A DNA stretch of 64,000 nt from the NCBI GenBank assembly GCA_048941625.1, contig JBHLNK010000004.1, forward strand, positions 1,094-65,093, given 5' to 3'. Under the pieces are notes generated by a model that saw only the letters and a program-made list of their open reading frames with translations, made no database searches and was not told where the DNA came from. The stretch is from Promethearchaeota archaeon (lineage in GTDB: Archaea > Asgardarchaeota > Lokiarchaeia > Sigyniarchaeales > SOKP01). Shown in pieces: positions 18,774-26,781 of this stretch; within the stretch, counting starts at the first letter, position 1; each line of letters starts with the position of its first letter. The translations under genes and the position numbers were made by a program.

Positions 18774-19499
18774 ATGACAATACGCGAATCAATAAATAAA
18801 ATCAGGGCGAAATTATATAATTTTGCTACTAATTTTAAAGTAGTGAAAATATCTGCCATGGTTGTTATGGTTGGATACATTCTATTACTAATTATTGGGG
18901 TTATCGTAGCGATGGTACTTGATCCAGATGGTTATACCATTTGGGATAACTGGATTTCCGATCTCGGTTCCATTGATCACACTCCCGCACCATATCTATA
19001 TGATATCGCTTGTATAGTAGCTGGTTCGATGACTATACCCCTAACATTTTATATGGAGAAATTCTTAGCTCCATTGCCCAAAAGATCTGATTTAGGACGA
19101 GAACATTATTCTAGATTGCGATTTCGATTAAGTAGTTTCGCTTTTCTCTTTAATATTATAGGAAATTTTGGATATATTGGAGTTGGTATTTTTAGTGCTG
19201 ATCGTGATTATAATGTATTGAATATTCTTGGAATGGGACCACATGGACTCATGTCGTATCTAGCATTTGGAGGATTCACTTTTGGTGCCTTTTTTATGGG
19301 GTGGCTGATTGTCTTTTATGATACTAAAATCCCAAAAATTTTAGGTATCTATGGCATACTGGGGCCATTAATTATTACTATCTTAAATTTGATTGATAGT
19401 ACTCCATTATTAGAATGGATGCTACTTTTCTCAATATTAATCTGGATAATTCCGCTTTCACTTATAATACTAACCAAACGAGAATTAGTTCCAAGCTAA
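18774..19499 (+). CDS. multi-pass membrane protein, intact tandem paralogue (DUF998-like?)
   Basis: 241 aa. Shares RAKLYNF, WISDLGS, TPAPYLYDIACI, PLPKR and HYSRLRFRL blocks with 17937-18664. Confidence 0.55.
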   Translation: MTIRESINKIRAKLYNFATNFKVVKISAMVVMVGYILLLIIGVIVAMVLDPDGYTIWDNWISDLGSIDHTPAPYLYDIACIVAGSMTIPLTFYMEKFLAPLPKRSDLGREHYSRLRFRLSSFAFLFNIIGNFGYIGVGIFSADRDYNVLNILGMGPHGLMSYLAFGGFTFGAFFMGWLIVFYDTKIPKILGIYGILGPLIITILNLIDSTPLLEWMLLFSILIWIIPLSLIILTKRELVPS

Positions 19500-19584
19500 A
19501 ATTAAAAACTAAAAAAATATGAATATTTATTAATTTTTTTTTATACTCATAACTTAACGTGAAATTCGTATATCTTAAATCATT

Positions 19585-20478
19585 ATGTCTAAAATATGTC
19601 CTAATTGTGGAAGGACTATAGAAGAAAATTATAAGTTTTGTATTGATTGCGGTAAGCCTATAGAACCGGAAACTAGAGAAAAAAAAAGGAAATTTAAATA
19701 TTCACTTACAAATCCTCAGCGGGAAATCCTTTTACGGCGAGTTCTCCCTATAATGCTTATAGGCTCAATCATATGGTTAGTTAGTGAACTAATTTTCAGT
19801 ATGATTTTTATAGAAATTGAGTTTACCCCGGTATTTTTAATTTTTTATATCTGCATGATTATTCTTGAAGCAGTTCTATTTATTTCATTATTTTTTGTTT
19901 CTAAGGCTAATAAGATGATTTTAGCACTATTAATCTTCTTTATCTTTAGTTTTATAGCTGGGATTCTTAGCCTTCCAATAATTATGATCACAGAATTTTT
20001 GCCTCAAGTTCACATGTTTGTAAGTCTATCAGTTGGAGCATTATTGATTGTCTGTTTTATTGGATTAATTTTAAGAGAACGTTATTTTACTAAAGAATAT
20101 ATATGGAGTCATCTTGGTTTATTCTTAATTGGAACTTTGATAATTGAAATTGTGTTCATATTTATCTTTAATATACAAAATTATCTCGTAACTATTCCAG
20201 TGTCTTTAGCATATATATTAATCGTGTCTCTCACAACAATGTTTTATGGTTCTAGAGTTGTTCAGAAAAATGAAAATGAACCTTGGATGCTAATTTTCTA
20301 TAAAATAGAAGGGATTTTATTACTTTCCTTAATTATCGCTATAGTTGTGGTAGTAATAGTACTTATTATAGTAGGAATTGCAGTTGCATGTGGAGGTTCT
20401 GGTTTTGACTTATCTGGATTGGGAGGAGGCTCTGGAGGAGGCACAGGAAAATTAAAAAAGAAAAAAAAAACTTCTTAA
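19585..20478 (+). CDS. zinc-ribbon-containing multi-pass membrane protein (possibly BI-1/YccA-like) with Gly-rich and poly-Lys tail
   Basis: N-terminal CPNCG...CIDCG zinc ribbon, about 7 hydrophobic helices, and the C-terminus GGSGFDLSGLGGGSGGGTGKLKKKKKTS. Confidence 0.4.
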   Translation: MSKICPNCGRTIEENYKFCIDCGKPIEPETREKKRKFKYSLTNPQREILLRRVLPIMLIGSIIWLVSELIFSMIFIEIEFTPVFLIFYICMIILEAVLFISLFFVSKANKMILALLIFFIFSFIAGILSLPIIMITEFLPQVHMFVSLSVGALLIVCFIGLILRERYFTKEYIWSHLGLFLIGTLIIEIVFIFIFNIQNYLVTIPVSLAYILIVSLTTMFYGSRVVQKNENEPWMLIFYKIEGILLLSLIIAIVVVVIVLIIVGIAVACGGSGFDLSGLGGGSGGGTGKLKKKKKTS

Positions 20479-20595
20479 TTTAGTTAAAGAAATCTTTTTT
20501 TACAATTCTATAGAGTAAGTCTAAATCTTAATATTTATTACGATATTAGATATATCTATAATTGATACTAGTTCATTTTCAAATGGTTTTTTAAT

Positions 20596-21180
20596 TTGAA
20601 TAGTAAAGATAAAATAAAAAACTCGGAAAAAGTAGACTCTATTGCTGATGCTATAGAGCAATCAATGAAAAAAGGGCATATTAGCACCCTAATATTATTA
20701 GCATTAGAAAAAGGACCGTCTCATGGCTATAGTCTCATGCAAACTATAACTGACGATACCTATGGAGTTTGGAATCCGACAGCATCCTCTTTATATCCTC
20801 ATTTATCATCCTTAACAGAGAAAGGCCTAATTGAGTTTAAAGCTGAAATGGAAGGTAAAAGAGAAAAAAAAGTATATCAAATTACGCAGAAAGGGAAAAA
20901 AACTTTAAAAAAACTTCTTGAACGACAGCAAAATATGCGAAAATCTCTCCTTTCTATGATCATGTCAACTATAGGTCTGACAGATTTTTCTCTTCCTAAT
21001 GATTTTGAAGATTTATTTGGCCCAGATTTGATTGATGATGCAAGTCTAATTGGAAAAAATAATGAAGAAAAGCTTAAGATTCTCTCAAAAAGAAGACTTG
21101 TCTTATCAAGAATCGTTGATAAGTTACATAATTTTGTTAATGAATTGGACCAAAGAATTGAAGATTTGAAAGCCAAATAA
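20596..21180 (+). CDS. PadR-family transcriptional regulator
   Basis: LILLALEKGPSHGYSLMQTI...SSLYPHLSSLTEKGLIEF...KKVYQITQKGKKTL is the PadR winged-helix pattern. Confidence 0.8.
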   Translation: MNSKDKIKNSEKVDSIADAIEQSMKKGHISTLILLALEKGPSHGYSLMQTITDDTYGVWNPTASSLYPHLSSLTEKGLIEFKAEMEGKREKKVYQITQKGKKTLKKLLERQQNMRKSLLSMIMSTIGLTDFSLPNDFEDLFGPDLIDDASLIGKNNEEKLKILSKRRLVLSRIVDKLHNFVNELDQRIEDLKAK

Positions 21181-21363
21181 AATAGCAATAATCTTCATTT
21201 TAATTGGTCTAGACATTTCAGAATTCACATATATATTGTTTTTTGTTAGCAAAACTTTATATATGTTTATTTTCGATATATAATTATAGAATATATCAGT
21301 TACTTATATATTATCAAAATATATCAAAATTACATTCATTTTGAGAGCTTGGAGGTTATTTAA

Positions 21364-22332
21364 TTGAAGATATTATTAACAGGTGCCTTTGGTAATGTTG
21401 GACAAAGTACCTTAGAGGAATTGATTAAGCGAAATTATGACATTAGAATTTTTGATATTAAAAATAAGAAAAACAAAAGATTAGCATATAAATATAAAAA
21501 ATTTGTAGAAATTTTTTGGGGAGATTTGAGAAATTTTAAAGAAGTTGAGATGGCAGTATCTGATAGGGATATTGTAATTCATGTAGCTGCGATTATTCCA
21601 CCATTAGCAGATAAGAAGCCTAAATTTGCTGAATCTGTGAATGTTGGAGGAACAAAGAATTTGGTAAAAGCTATGGAAAGTTTATCTAAAAAACCAAAAT
21701 TAATTTTTACATCATCTGTTGCCATCTATGGTGATCGTCTTGAAAATCCCTTAATCACACCAGAAGATACCCCGAATCCAAATCCAGATGATGAGTATGC
21801 TAAACAGAAACTAAAGTGTGAAAAAATAATAATGGAATCTTCTTTGGAATGGGCGATTTTTCGTCTAACATATATCATCTCCTTAAATAAATTACAAATG
21901 GATCCACTTATGTTTGAAATGCCACTTGATACTTGTATTGAAATTTGTGATACTAAAGATGTCGGTCTTGCTCTTACTAATGCCGTCGAAAATCAAGAAA
22001 TTTGGGGGAATATTTTGCATATAGCGGGAGGAAAACGATGTCGAATTTCATATCGAGAATATCTTAATCAAATGCTGGATATTTTTGGTGTTGGTTTTGA
22101 TCATTTACCAGAAGAAGCTTTTTCTAGAAATGGTTTTCATTGTGGTTTCATGACAACAGATAAAAGCCAGGGTCTTTTGAACTATCAGAGGTTTACTCTT
22201 GATGATTATTTTAATGCTGTAAGAAAAAAAGTTGCAGTATCAAGATTCTTTACTATGATGTTTAAACCTATAGCACAGAAATTCCTTTTAGGTAAATCTC
22301 ATTATTATAGATCTTATCTAGACAATAAATGA
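21364..22332 (+). CDS. NAD(P)-dependent epimerase/dehydratase (extended SDR)
   Basis: KILLTGAFGNVGQ Rossmann motif, SSVAIYG and YAKQK (YxxxK). Confidence 0.75.
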   Translation: MKILLTGAFGNVGQSTLEELIKRNYDIRIFDIKNKKNKRLAYKYKKFVEIFWGDLRNFKEVEMAVSDRDIVIHVAAIIPPLADKKPKFAESVNVGGTKNLVKAMESLSKKPKLIFTSSVAIYGDRLENPLITPEDTPNPNPDDEYAKQKLKCEKIIMESSLEWAIFRLTYIISLNKLQMDPLMFEMPLDTCIEICDTKDVGLALTNAVENQEIWGNILHIAGGKRCRISYREYLNQMLDIFGVGFDHLPEEAFSRNGFHCGFMTTDKSQGLLNYQRFTLDDYFNAVRKKVAVSRFFTMMFKPIAQKFLLGKSHYYRSYLDNK

Positions 22333-22614
22333 TCTAATAAAAACATTATTTTCAATATATTTTTAACTTTTTAGTTTAAATCTCTTTCTTTTATTGATTT
22401 TTCCTTCCTAAATATGATACAATTATTAAAAATCGTCTTTGAAATTAAAAATTCTCTGATATTTGACTTTAATTACAATTTTCAATTCAGAAATGTTTAG
22501 ATTTGATCACAAATCATTGATTAATTGACCGCTTCAGAAATAATTGATTATATCGATTAACAGAAAGTATTAAAAATATTGAAAATGAATAAATTTTAAA
22601 AAAGAATATTTAAA

Positions 22615-22638
22615 ATTGATCTTAACAAAAAGATCAAT
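22615..22638. promoter_or_regulatory. perfect 9-bp inverted repeat with 6-nt spacer, upstream of the Sec-hdrA operon
   Basis: ATTGATCTT-aacaaa-AAGATCAAT, ending 89 nt upstream of the ATG at 22727. Confidence 0.35.
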
Positions 22639-22680
22639 ATTGGAACTTAAAAAACATCCAATAACAATCTAAGAAATTTA

Positions 22681-22688
22681 TTTATATA
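22681..22688 (+). promoter_or_regulatory. candidate archaeal TATA box for the hdrA(Sec) operon
   Basis: TTTATATA lies 39-46 nt upstream of the ATG, with a GAGGTGG Shine-Dalgarno-like sequence at 22706-22712. In AT-rich DNA such matches are common. Confidence 0.25.
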
Positions 22689-22726
22689 CAATTATGTAAA
22701 ATGTAGAGGTGGATGTGTAAAAATAG

Positions 22727-24670
22727 ATGAGAAATCCTGAAAATCATCGGATTGGATACTATGCTTGTCAATGAGGTGTAAATATAAGAACTAAAGTAGA
22801 CTGTGATGAGTTAGTAGATTATGTGAGTAAAAACTTTGATGATGTTGTTATTGCTAAGAAAAATGCTTTCCTATGAACTGATAATGCTCAGAATGAAATA
22901 ATTGAAGATATAAAGGAGAAAAACTTAAACAGAATAGTGGCATCAGCTTGAACTCCACGTACACATGAAGTAATTTACCGAGGAACTATTGCTAAAACAG
23001 ATTTGAATCCATACTATTTTCAAATGGTAAATGTACGTGAACATTGTTCATGGTGTACAGATACTAAGGAAGAAGCTACAAAGAAAGCAAAATCTTTAGT
23101 GAAAAGTGGAATTGAAAGGGCTAAAAGACTTGAACCCGTCCCAATTAGAACGGTTCCAGTCACTAAAGCTACATTAGTTGTTGGTGGTGGGATAGGTGGG
23201 ATGAACGCAGCTCTCGATCTTGCAAATCAAGGTATCAAGGTATATTTAGTTGACCAAAAGACAACGATTGGAGGACGAATGTCTCAATTAGACCGAACAT
23301 TTCCTACCGACGATTGTGCAATATGAATTTGCGGACCTAAAATGTTGGAAGTCAATAGAAATGAGAACATTGAGTTAATAACTTATAGTGAAGTAAAGAA
23401 AATAGAGGGATTTGTTGGAAACTATAAAGTAACAATTCAAAAAAAACCACGATTTACTACAAAAGAATGTAATGGATGTGGAGCCTGTGCCGAAGTATGT
23501 CCTGTTTATATATCAAATTATTTCGATGAATACTTAGGTGCACGGAAAGCAATAGACATTCCATTTGGTCAAGCAGTACCATTTTTATATGATATCGATA
23601 GAAAAGCATGTATTGAGTGTTTTTCATGTGTAGATGCCTGTGAACTTGATGCGATTGATTTTAGTCAATTACCTACTGATATTGAAGTTGAAGTCGGTAC
23701 AATTATTATTGCAACTGGTTGGGATATATATGAACCCTTTGGAGAATATGGATATGGAGAATTTGAAAATGTCATAACACAAGTCCAATTAGAGAGAATA
23801 CTTGCACCTAATGGTCCACTTGAGGGGCATGTTCACAGAATATCAGATAATAAAAAACCTAAAGAAATTGTATTTATACAGTGTGTAGGAAGTCGAGAAA
23901 CTGAACGAACATATTGTAGTGGTGTCTGTTGTATGCTTGCTTTAAAAAATGGAAGGTTATTACTGGAAGAGTTTCCTGATGCGAATATAACAATATGTTA
24001 CATTGATATAAGAACTCCTGAAAAAGGATTTGAGGAGTATTATGAACGCGCAAAAGAAGCAGGGATAAAGATGATTCGGGGAAAAGTAGGTGAGATCTCT
24101 GAAGATCCTGAAACTAAGAATGTAAAAGTCAGAGTTTATTCATCTTTAACAGATAAAATTGTACTAATTGATGCCGATTTAGTAGTCTTATCTACAGCAG
24201 CACTTCCTTCAGCAGGAACTCAGCAAATTGTAGATGTTTTAAATCTTGATACTAATACATATGGATTTCTTACTGAATCGCATTTTGGTTTATTACCACA
24301 AGAAACAAAGTCAAAAGGTATTTTTATAGCTGGTTTTGCTCAAGGACCAAAGAATATTTCATATTCGGTCTCTCAAGCAAGAGCAGCTGCTAGTAAAGTA
24401 GCTGAATTAACAGCTCCAGGACAAATCGATATTGAATTGATTACTGCTGAAGTAAATAGTGAATTTTGTATTTCTTGTAGACGTTGTGAAAAGGAATGTC
24501 CAAAGAATGCAATAAGGATTGAAAAAGATATTGGAGCATTTATTGACGAAATAAATTGTGATGGCTGTGGAATTTGTGCAACCTGTTGTCCTACACAGGC
24601 AATCGATATCAGATATTATAGAGACCATCAATTATTTGCTGAAATTGATGGTTTATTAGGAGGTGATTAA
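22727..24670 (+). CDS. hdrA: heterodisulfide reductase subunit A of canonical size (647 codons), with four in-frame UGA codons read as selenocysteine
   Basis: One frame is continuous from ATG 22727 to TAA 24668-24670. The only interruptions are TGA at 22772, 22874, 22949 and 23324. Each aligns to a conserved Cys of the in-window paralogues: CHCG->CQUG, YTCSAD->FLUTDN, ASCTPRTHE->SAUTPRTHE, DCAICILAPK->DCAIUICGPK. The rest carries GGGIGG FAD motifs, four CxxCxxCxxxC ferredoxin motifs and CVGSR...YCSGVCC. Confidence 0.85.
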
Positions 24671-24676
24671 AGAGAC

Positions 24677-25138
24677 ATGGAAAATACCTTTAAAATAATT
24701 GTCTTTGCTTGTTTAAAATGAGGTTATAGTGCTGCTGATTTAGCAGGAGTTTCACGATTGAAATATACATCAGCAGTAAAAATAATCAAAGTGAAATGTA
24801 CTGGTAGAGTTGATCTTAAACATATACTTTATTGCATTCGTTCGGGAGCTGATGGTGTGATGATCGTAGGTTGACGTCCTAACGAATGTCAATTCAAAAA
24901 TGGTAATTTTACAGCAGATAGACATGTGGAATTAGCAAATAGAATTTTAGCATCGAGAGGTTTCGGAGATCAGAGAATAAATATGTATTGGTTAAGTGGA
25001 GCAGAGTCAGAAAAATTTGTAAAAAGTGTAGAAGATGCATTAGAAAAAGTAAAAAATTCTGGACCAAATCCGCTTAAATTAGTAAAAAAAGAAGCTAATG
25101 TCGAAAAAAAACTAGTCATAACTACCCCTGCAGAATGA
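24677..25138 (+). CDS. vhuD: MvhD/VhuD-type subunit (hydrogenase delta-subunit family) with two in-frame UGA codons read as selenocysteine
   Basis: ATG 24677 follows a GGAGGTGA Shine-Dalgarno-like sequence. TGA at 24719 and 24872 align to Cys of the MvhD paralogues: CCNWCSYAGADLAG->ACLKUGYSAADLAG and TGCHIGDCHY->VGURPNECQF. The frame ends at TGA 25136, and the next in-frame stop is TAA 25145-25147. Confidence 0.85.
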
Positions 25139-25184
25139 CTCTTATAATAAAATTATAGTTATAAGATGACTAACCTTGCAAGGG
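25126..25184 (+). promoter_or_regulatory. candidate SECIS element (AUGA_AA_GA, eukaryote-like kink-turn layout) overlapping the vhuD 3' end
   Basis: Hand fold. Helix I pairs 25126-25133 (CCCUGCAG) with 25176-25184 (UUGCAAGGG, A25180 bulged). The core is A25135-U-G-A25138 opposite U25167-G-A25169. Helix II pairs 25140-25147 with 25159-25166 (8 bp). The apical loop UAAAAUUAUAG has an A-run on its 5' side. Confidence 0.55.
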
Positions 25185-25254
25185 AAGGGGTTTTCAAATA
25201 GTATTCAATTTAAAATAAGAATTTTAGTAAAATTTAATCCAAAAGGATGGAAAT

Positions 25255-26781
25255 ATGGTTCAAATTTCAAATAATGTAAATTTCAATAGTATATCTCCAA
25301 AAAATTTAATGGATGCAACTTATCAGGCAGTTGAAAATTTTCAGATTAGAGCCTTTTTCGAAGCAAAAGAAGAAATTTTAAAAACTGGAAAGTATAACGA
25401 AGGTGAATTTTACGATATATTAGATGCTCTAATTAATGCAGAAACAGAACGGAAATTAATATTAGAATCATTAAAAGGTAAAAAACCATCATTTTTAGAG
25501 GAAATTGTTAAAATTGTAAAAGAATTTCCAATAGAAAATGTTATCCGTGATATTATTTATCTTAAAGAACAAGGTTTTGTTGAAGAACTTATTGAAATAA
25601 AAACTAAAACAATTATAAAGAAAATAAAAGGCGAAGAGAAAGAAGTTGAAGAAAAAGAATATTATTATAGATACCAAGTCAAAGATCTGCCTGATAACTT
25701 CGTAGAACATTTTTTTGAACCAGTTTCTATTGTGTTTGATTCTGAAGTCTGCTGTCAATGTGGTTGGTGTTCATCAATTTGCCCCGTCAACGCTATAACA
25801 GTTACAGCAGACACTTTGGAGATAGATGATGAAACTTGTATGAAATGCGGTTTATGTTTTTCAGTTTGTCCAAGATCATTTTCAATTGAACAAGCAGGTA
25901 AGACTATAAATAAGCTTGATAAAAATTTAAAATTCTCAGAAAAAATAAATGGTTATATCAATACTTATTCTGCGAGTACTACAAAGGATGATATTAAAAA
26001 AGTAAGACAAGATGGCGGGATAGTAACCTCCTTGCTTGAATACTTACTTAAAAATAAAATGGTTGATGCAATTGTAGCAGTAAAACATTCGAAGGATTTA
26101 TGGAAACCTGAACCAGTTATAGTAGAAGATGTAAAAGATTTATACAAGACAAGTGGTACAAAATACGCCAATGCCTCAACTTTAAGTATTTTAGATAAAA
26201 CAAAAAAGTATGAAAGTATTGCAGTGGTGGGCGTTCCTTGTATGATGAATGCTTTAGAGAAAGGTACAATGTTACCGAGTGGACTACCCTTTTTCAAAAA
26301 CATTAAGTATCGAATAGGGCTTTTTTGTATGGAATCTTTTCCTTATACTGGTGTTCTTAGCTTAATTAATGAAAAATTTCAAAAAGATTTTAATGAAATT
26401 AAAAAAATGGATATAAGTGGAGGTAAATTTATCATATACTTAGAATCAGGTGAAGATTTAAATGTACCTTTAAATGAAGTTAAATCCTATGCACGTCATA
26501 ATTGCCATTATTGTGAAGACTTAACTGCTGATTATGCAGATATTTCTGTAGGATCAATAGGGTCTCCCAGTGGTTGGTCTACTGTAATCACGCGAAATGA
26601 AAAAGGTGAAAAGCTTTACAACGGAGTGATTAAAGCAGGTTTGATCGAATCAAAAAGCTTAGATGAAGTTAAACCTGGACAACCTTTATTAGAGAGGATT
26701 GCAGGTAGTAAAAGGAAAAATTGTAAACCAATCGAATTAAAAAAAGAACAAGAAAGGAGTGGCAACCATAACTGTAACTAA
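25255..26781 (+). CDS. FrhB/FdhB-family iron-sulfur flavoprotein with a roughly 150-aa N-terminal extension (winged-helix-like) and 2x[4Fe-4S] motifs
   Basis: CCQCGWCSSICP and CMKCGLCFSVCP, then VRQDGGIVTSLL, VVGVPCMMNAL, GLFCMESF and CHYCEDLTADYADISVGSIG. Confidence 0.75.
   Translation: MVQISNNVNFNSISPKNLMDATYQAVENFQIRAFFEAKEEILKTGKYNEGEFYDILDALINAETERKLILESLKGKKPSFLEEIVKIVKEFPIENVIRDIIYLKEQGFVEELIEIKTKTIIKKIKGEEKEVEEKEYYYRYQVKDLPDNFVEHFFEPVSIVFDSEVCCQCGWCSSICPVNAITVTADTLEIDDETCMKCGLCFSVCPRSFSIEQAGKTINKLDKNLKFSEKINGYINTYSASTTKDDIKKVRQDGGIVTSLLEYLLKNKMVDAIVAVKHSKDLWKPEPVIVEDVKDLYKTSGTKYANASTLSILDKTKKYESIAVVGVPCMMNALEKGTMLPSGLPFFKNIKYRIGLFCMESFPYTGVLSLINEKFQKDFNEIKKMDISGGKFIIYLESGEDLNVPLNEVKSYARHNCHYCEDLTADYADISVGSIGSPSGWSTVITRNEKGEKLYNGVIKAGLIESKSLDEVKPGQPLLERIAGSKRKNCKPIELKKEQERSGNHNCN

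Noticed and set aside
18689-18880. A 63-aa minus-strand ORF overlapping the start of the membrane-protein gene at 18774.
   Set aside because: It has no motif. It overlaps the conserved N-terminus (RAKLYNF block) of the + strand paralogue pair.
22504-22512. The shared 9-mer TGATCACAA upstream of both Hdr blocks (also at 31944-31952) as a common operator.
   Set aside because: A single shared 9-mer between two AT-rich spacers of about 400 and 550 nt is about what chance predicts. The flanks do not align.
24718-24766. A bacterial-type SECIS hairpin just downstream of the first vhuD UGA: CUGCU-GAUUU-AGCAG at 24732-24746, 11 nt after the UGA.
   Set aside because: It is only a 5-bp stem lying in the conserved AADLAG coding motif. 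No comparable hairpin follows the other five UGAs. Archaeal Sec insertion is known to use untranslated-region elements, and a much better candidate exists at 25126-25184.
22727-25138. Reading the TGA-interrupted hdrA and vhuD as decayed pseudogenes, which is what the fragmented ORF track suggests.
   Set aside because: All six interruptions are TGA, never TAA or TAG. None involves a frameshift. Every one falls exactly on a conserved Cys column of the in-window paralogues. Flanking sequence conservation is intact. Both protein families are known selenoproteins in methanogens.
25965-26303. Antisense or alternative-frame ORFs within the Hdr cluster: 24407-24631, 25495-25758, 25965-26303, 26878-27102, 30093-30281, 32723-32911 and 39427-39621.
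   Set aside because: The same reasoning applies. They overlap strongly conserved Fe-S flavoprotein genes and have no independent support.
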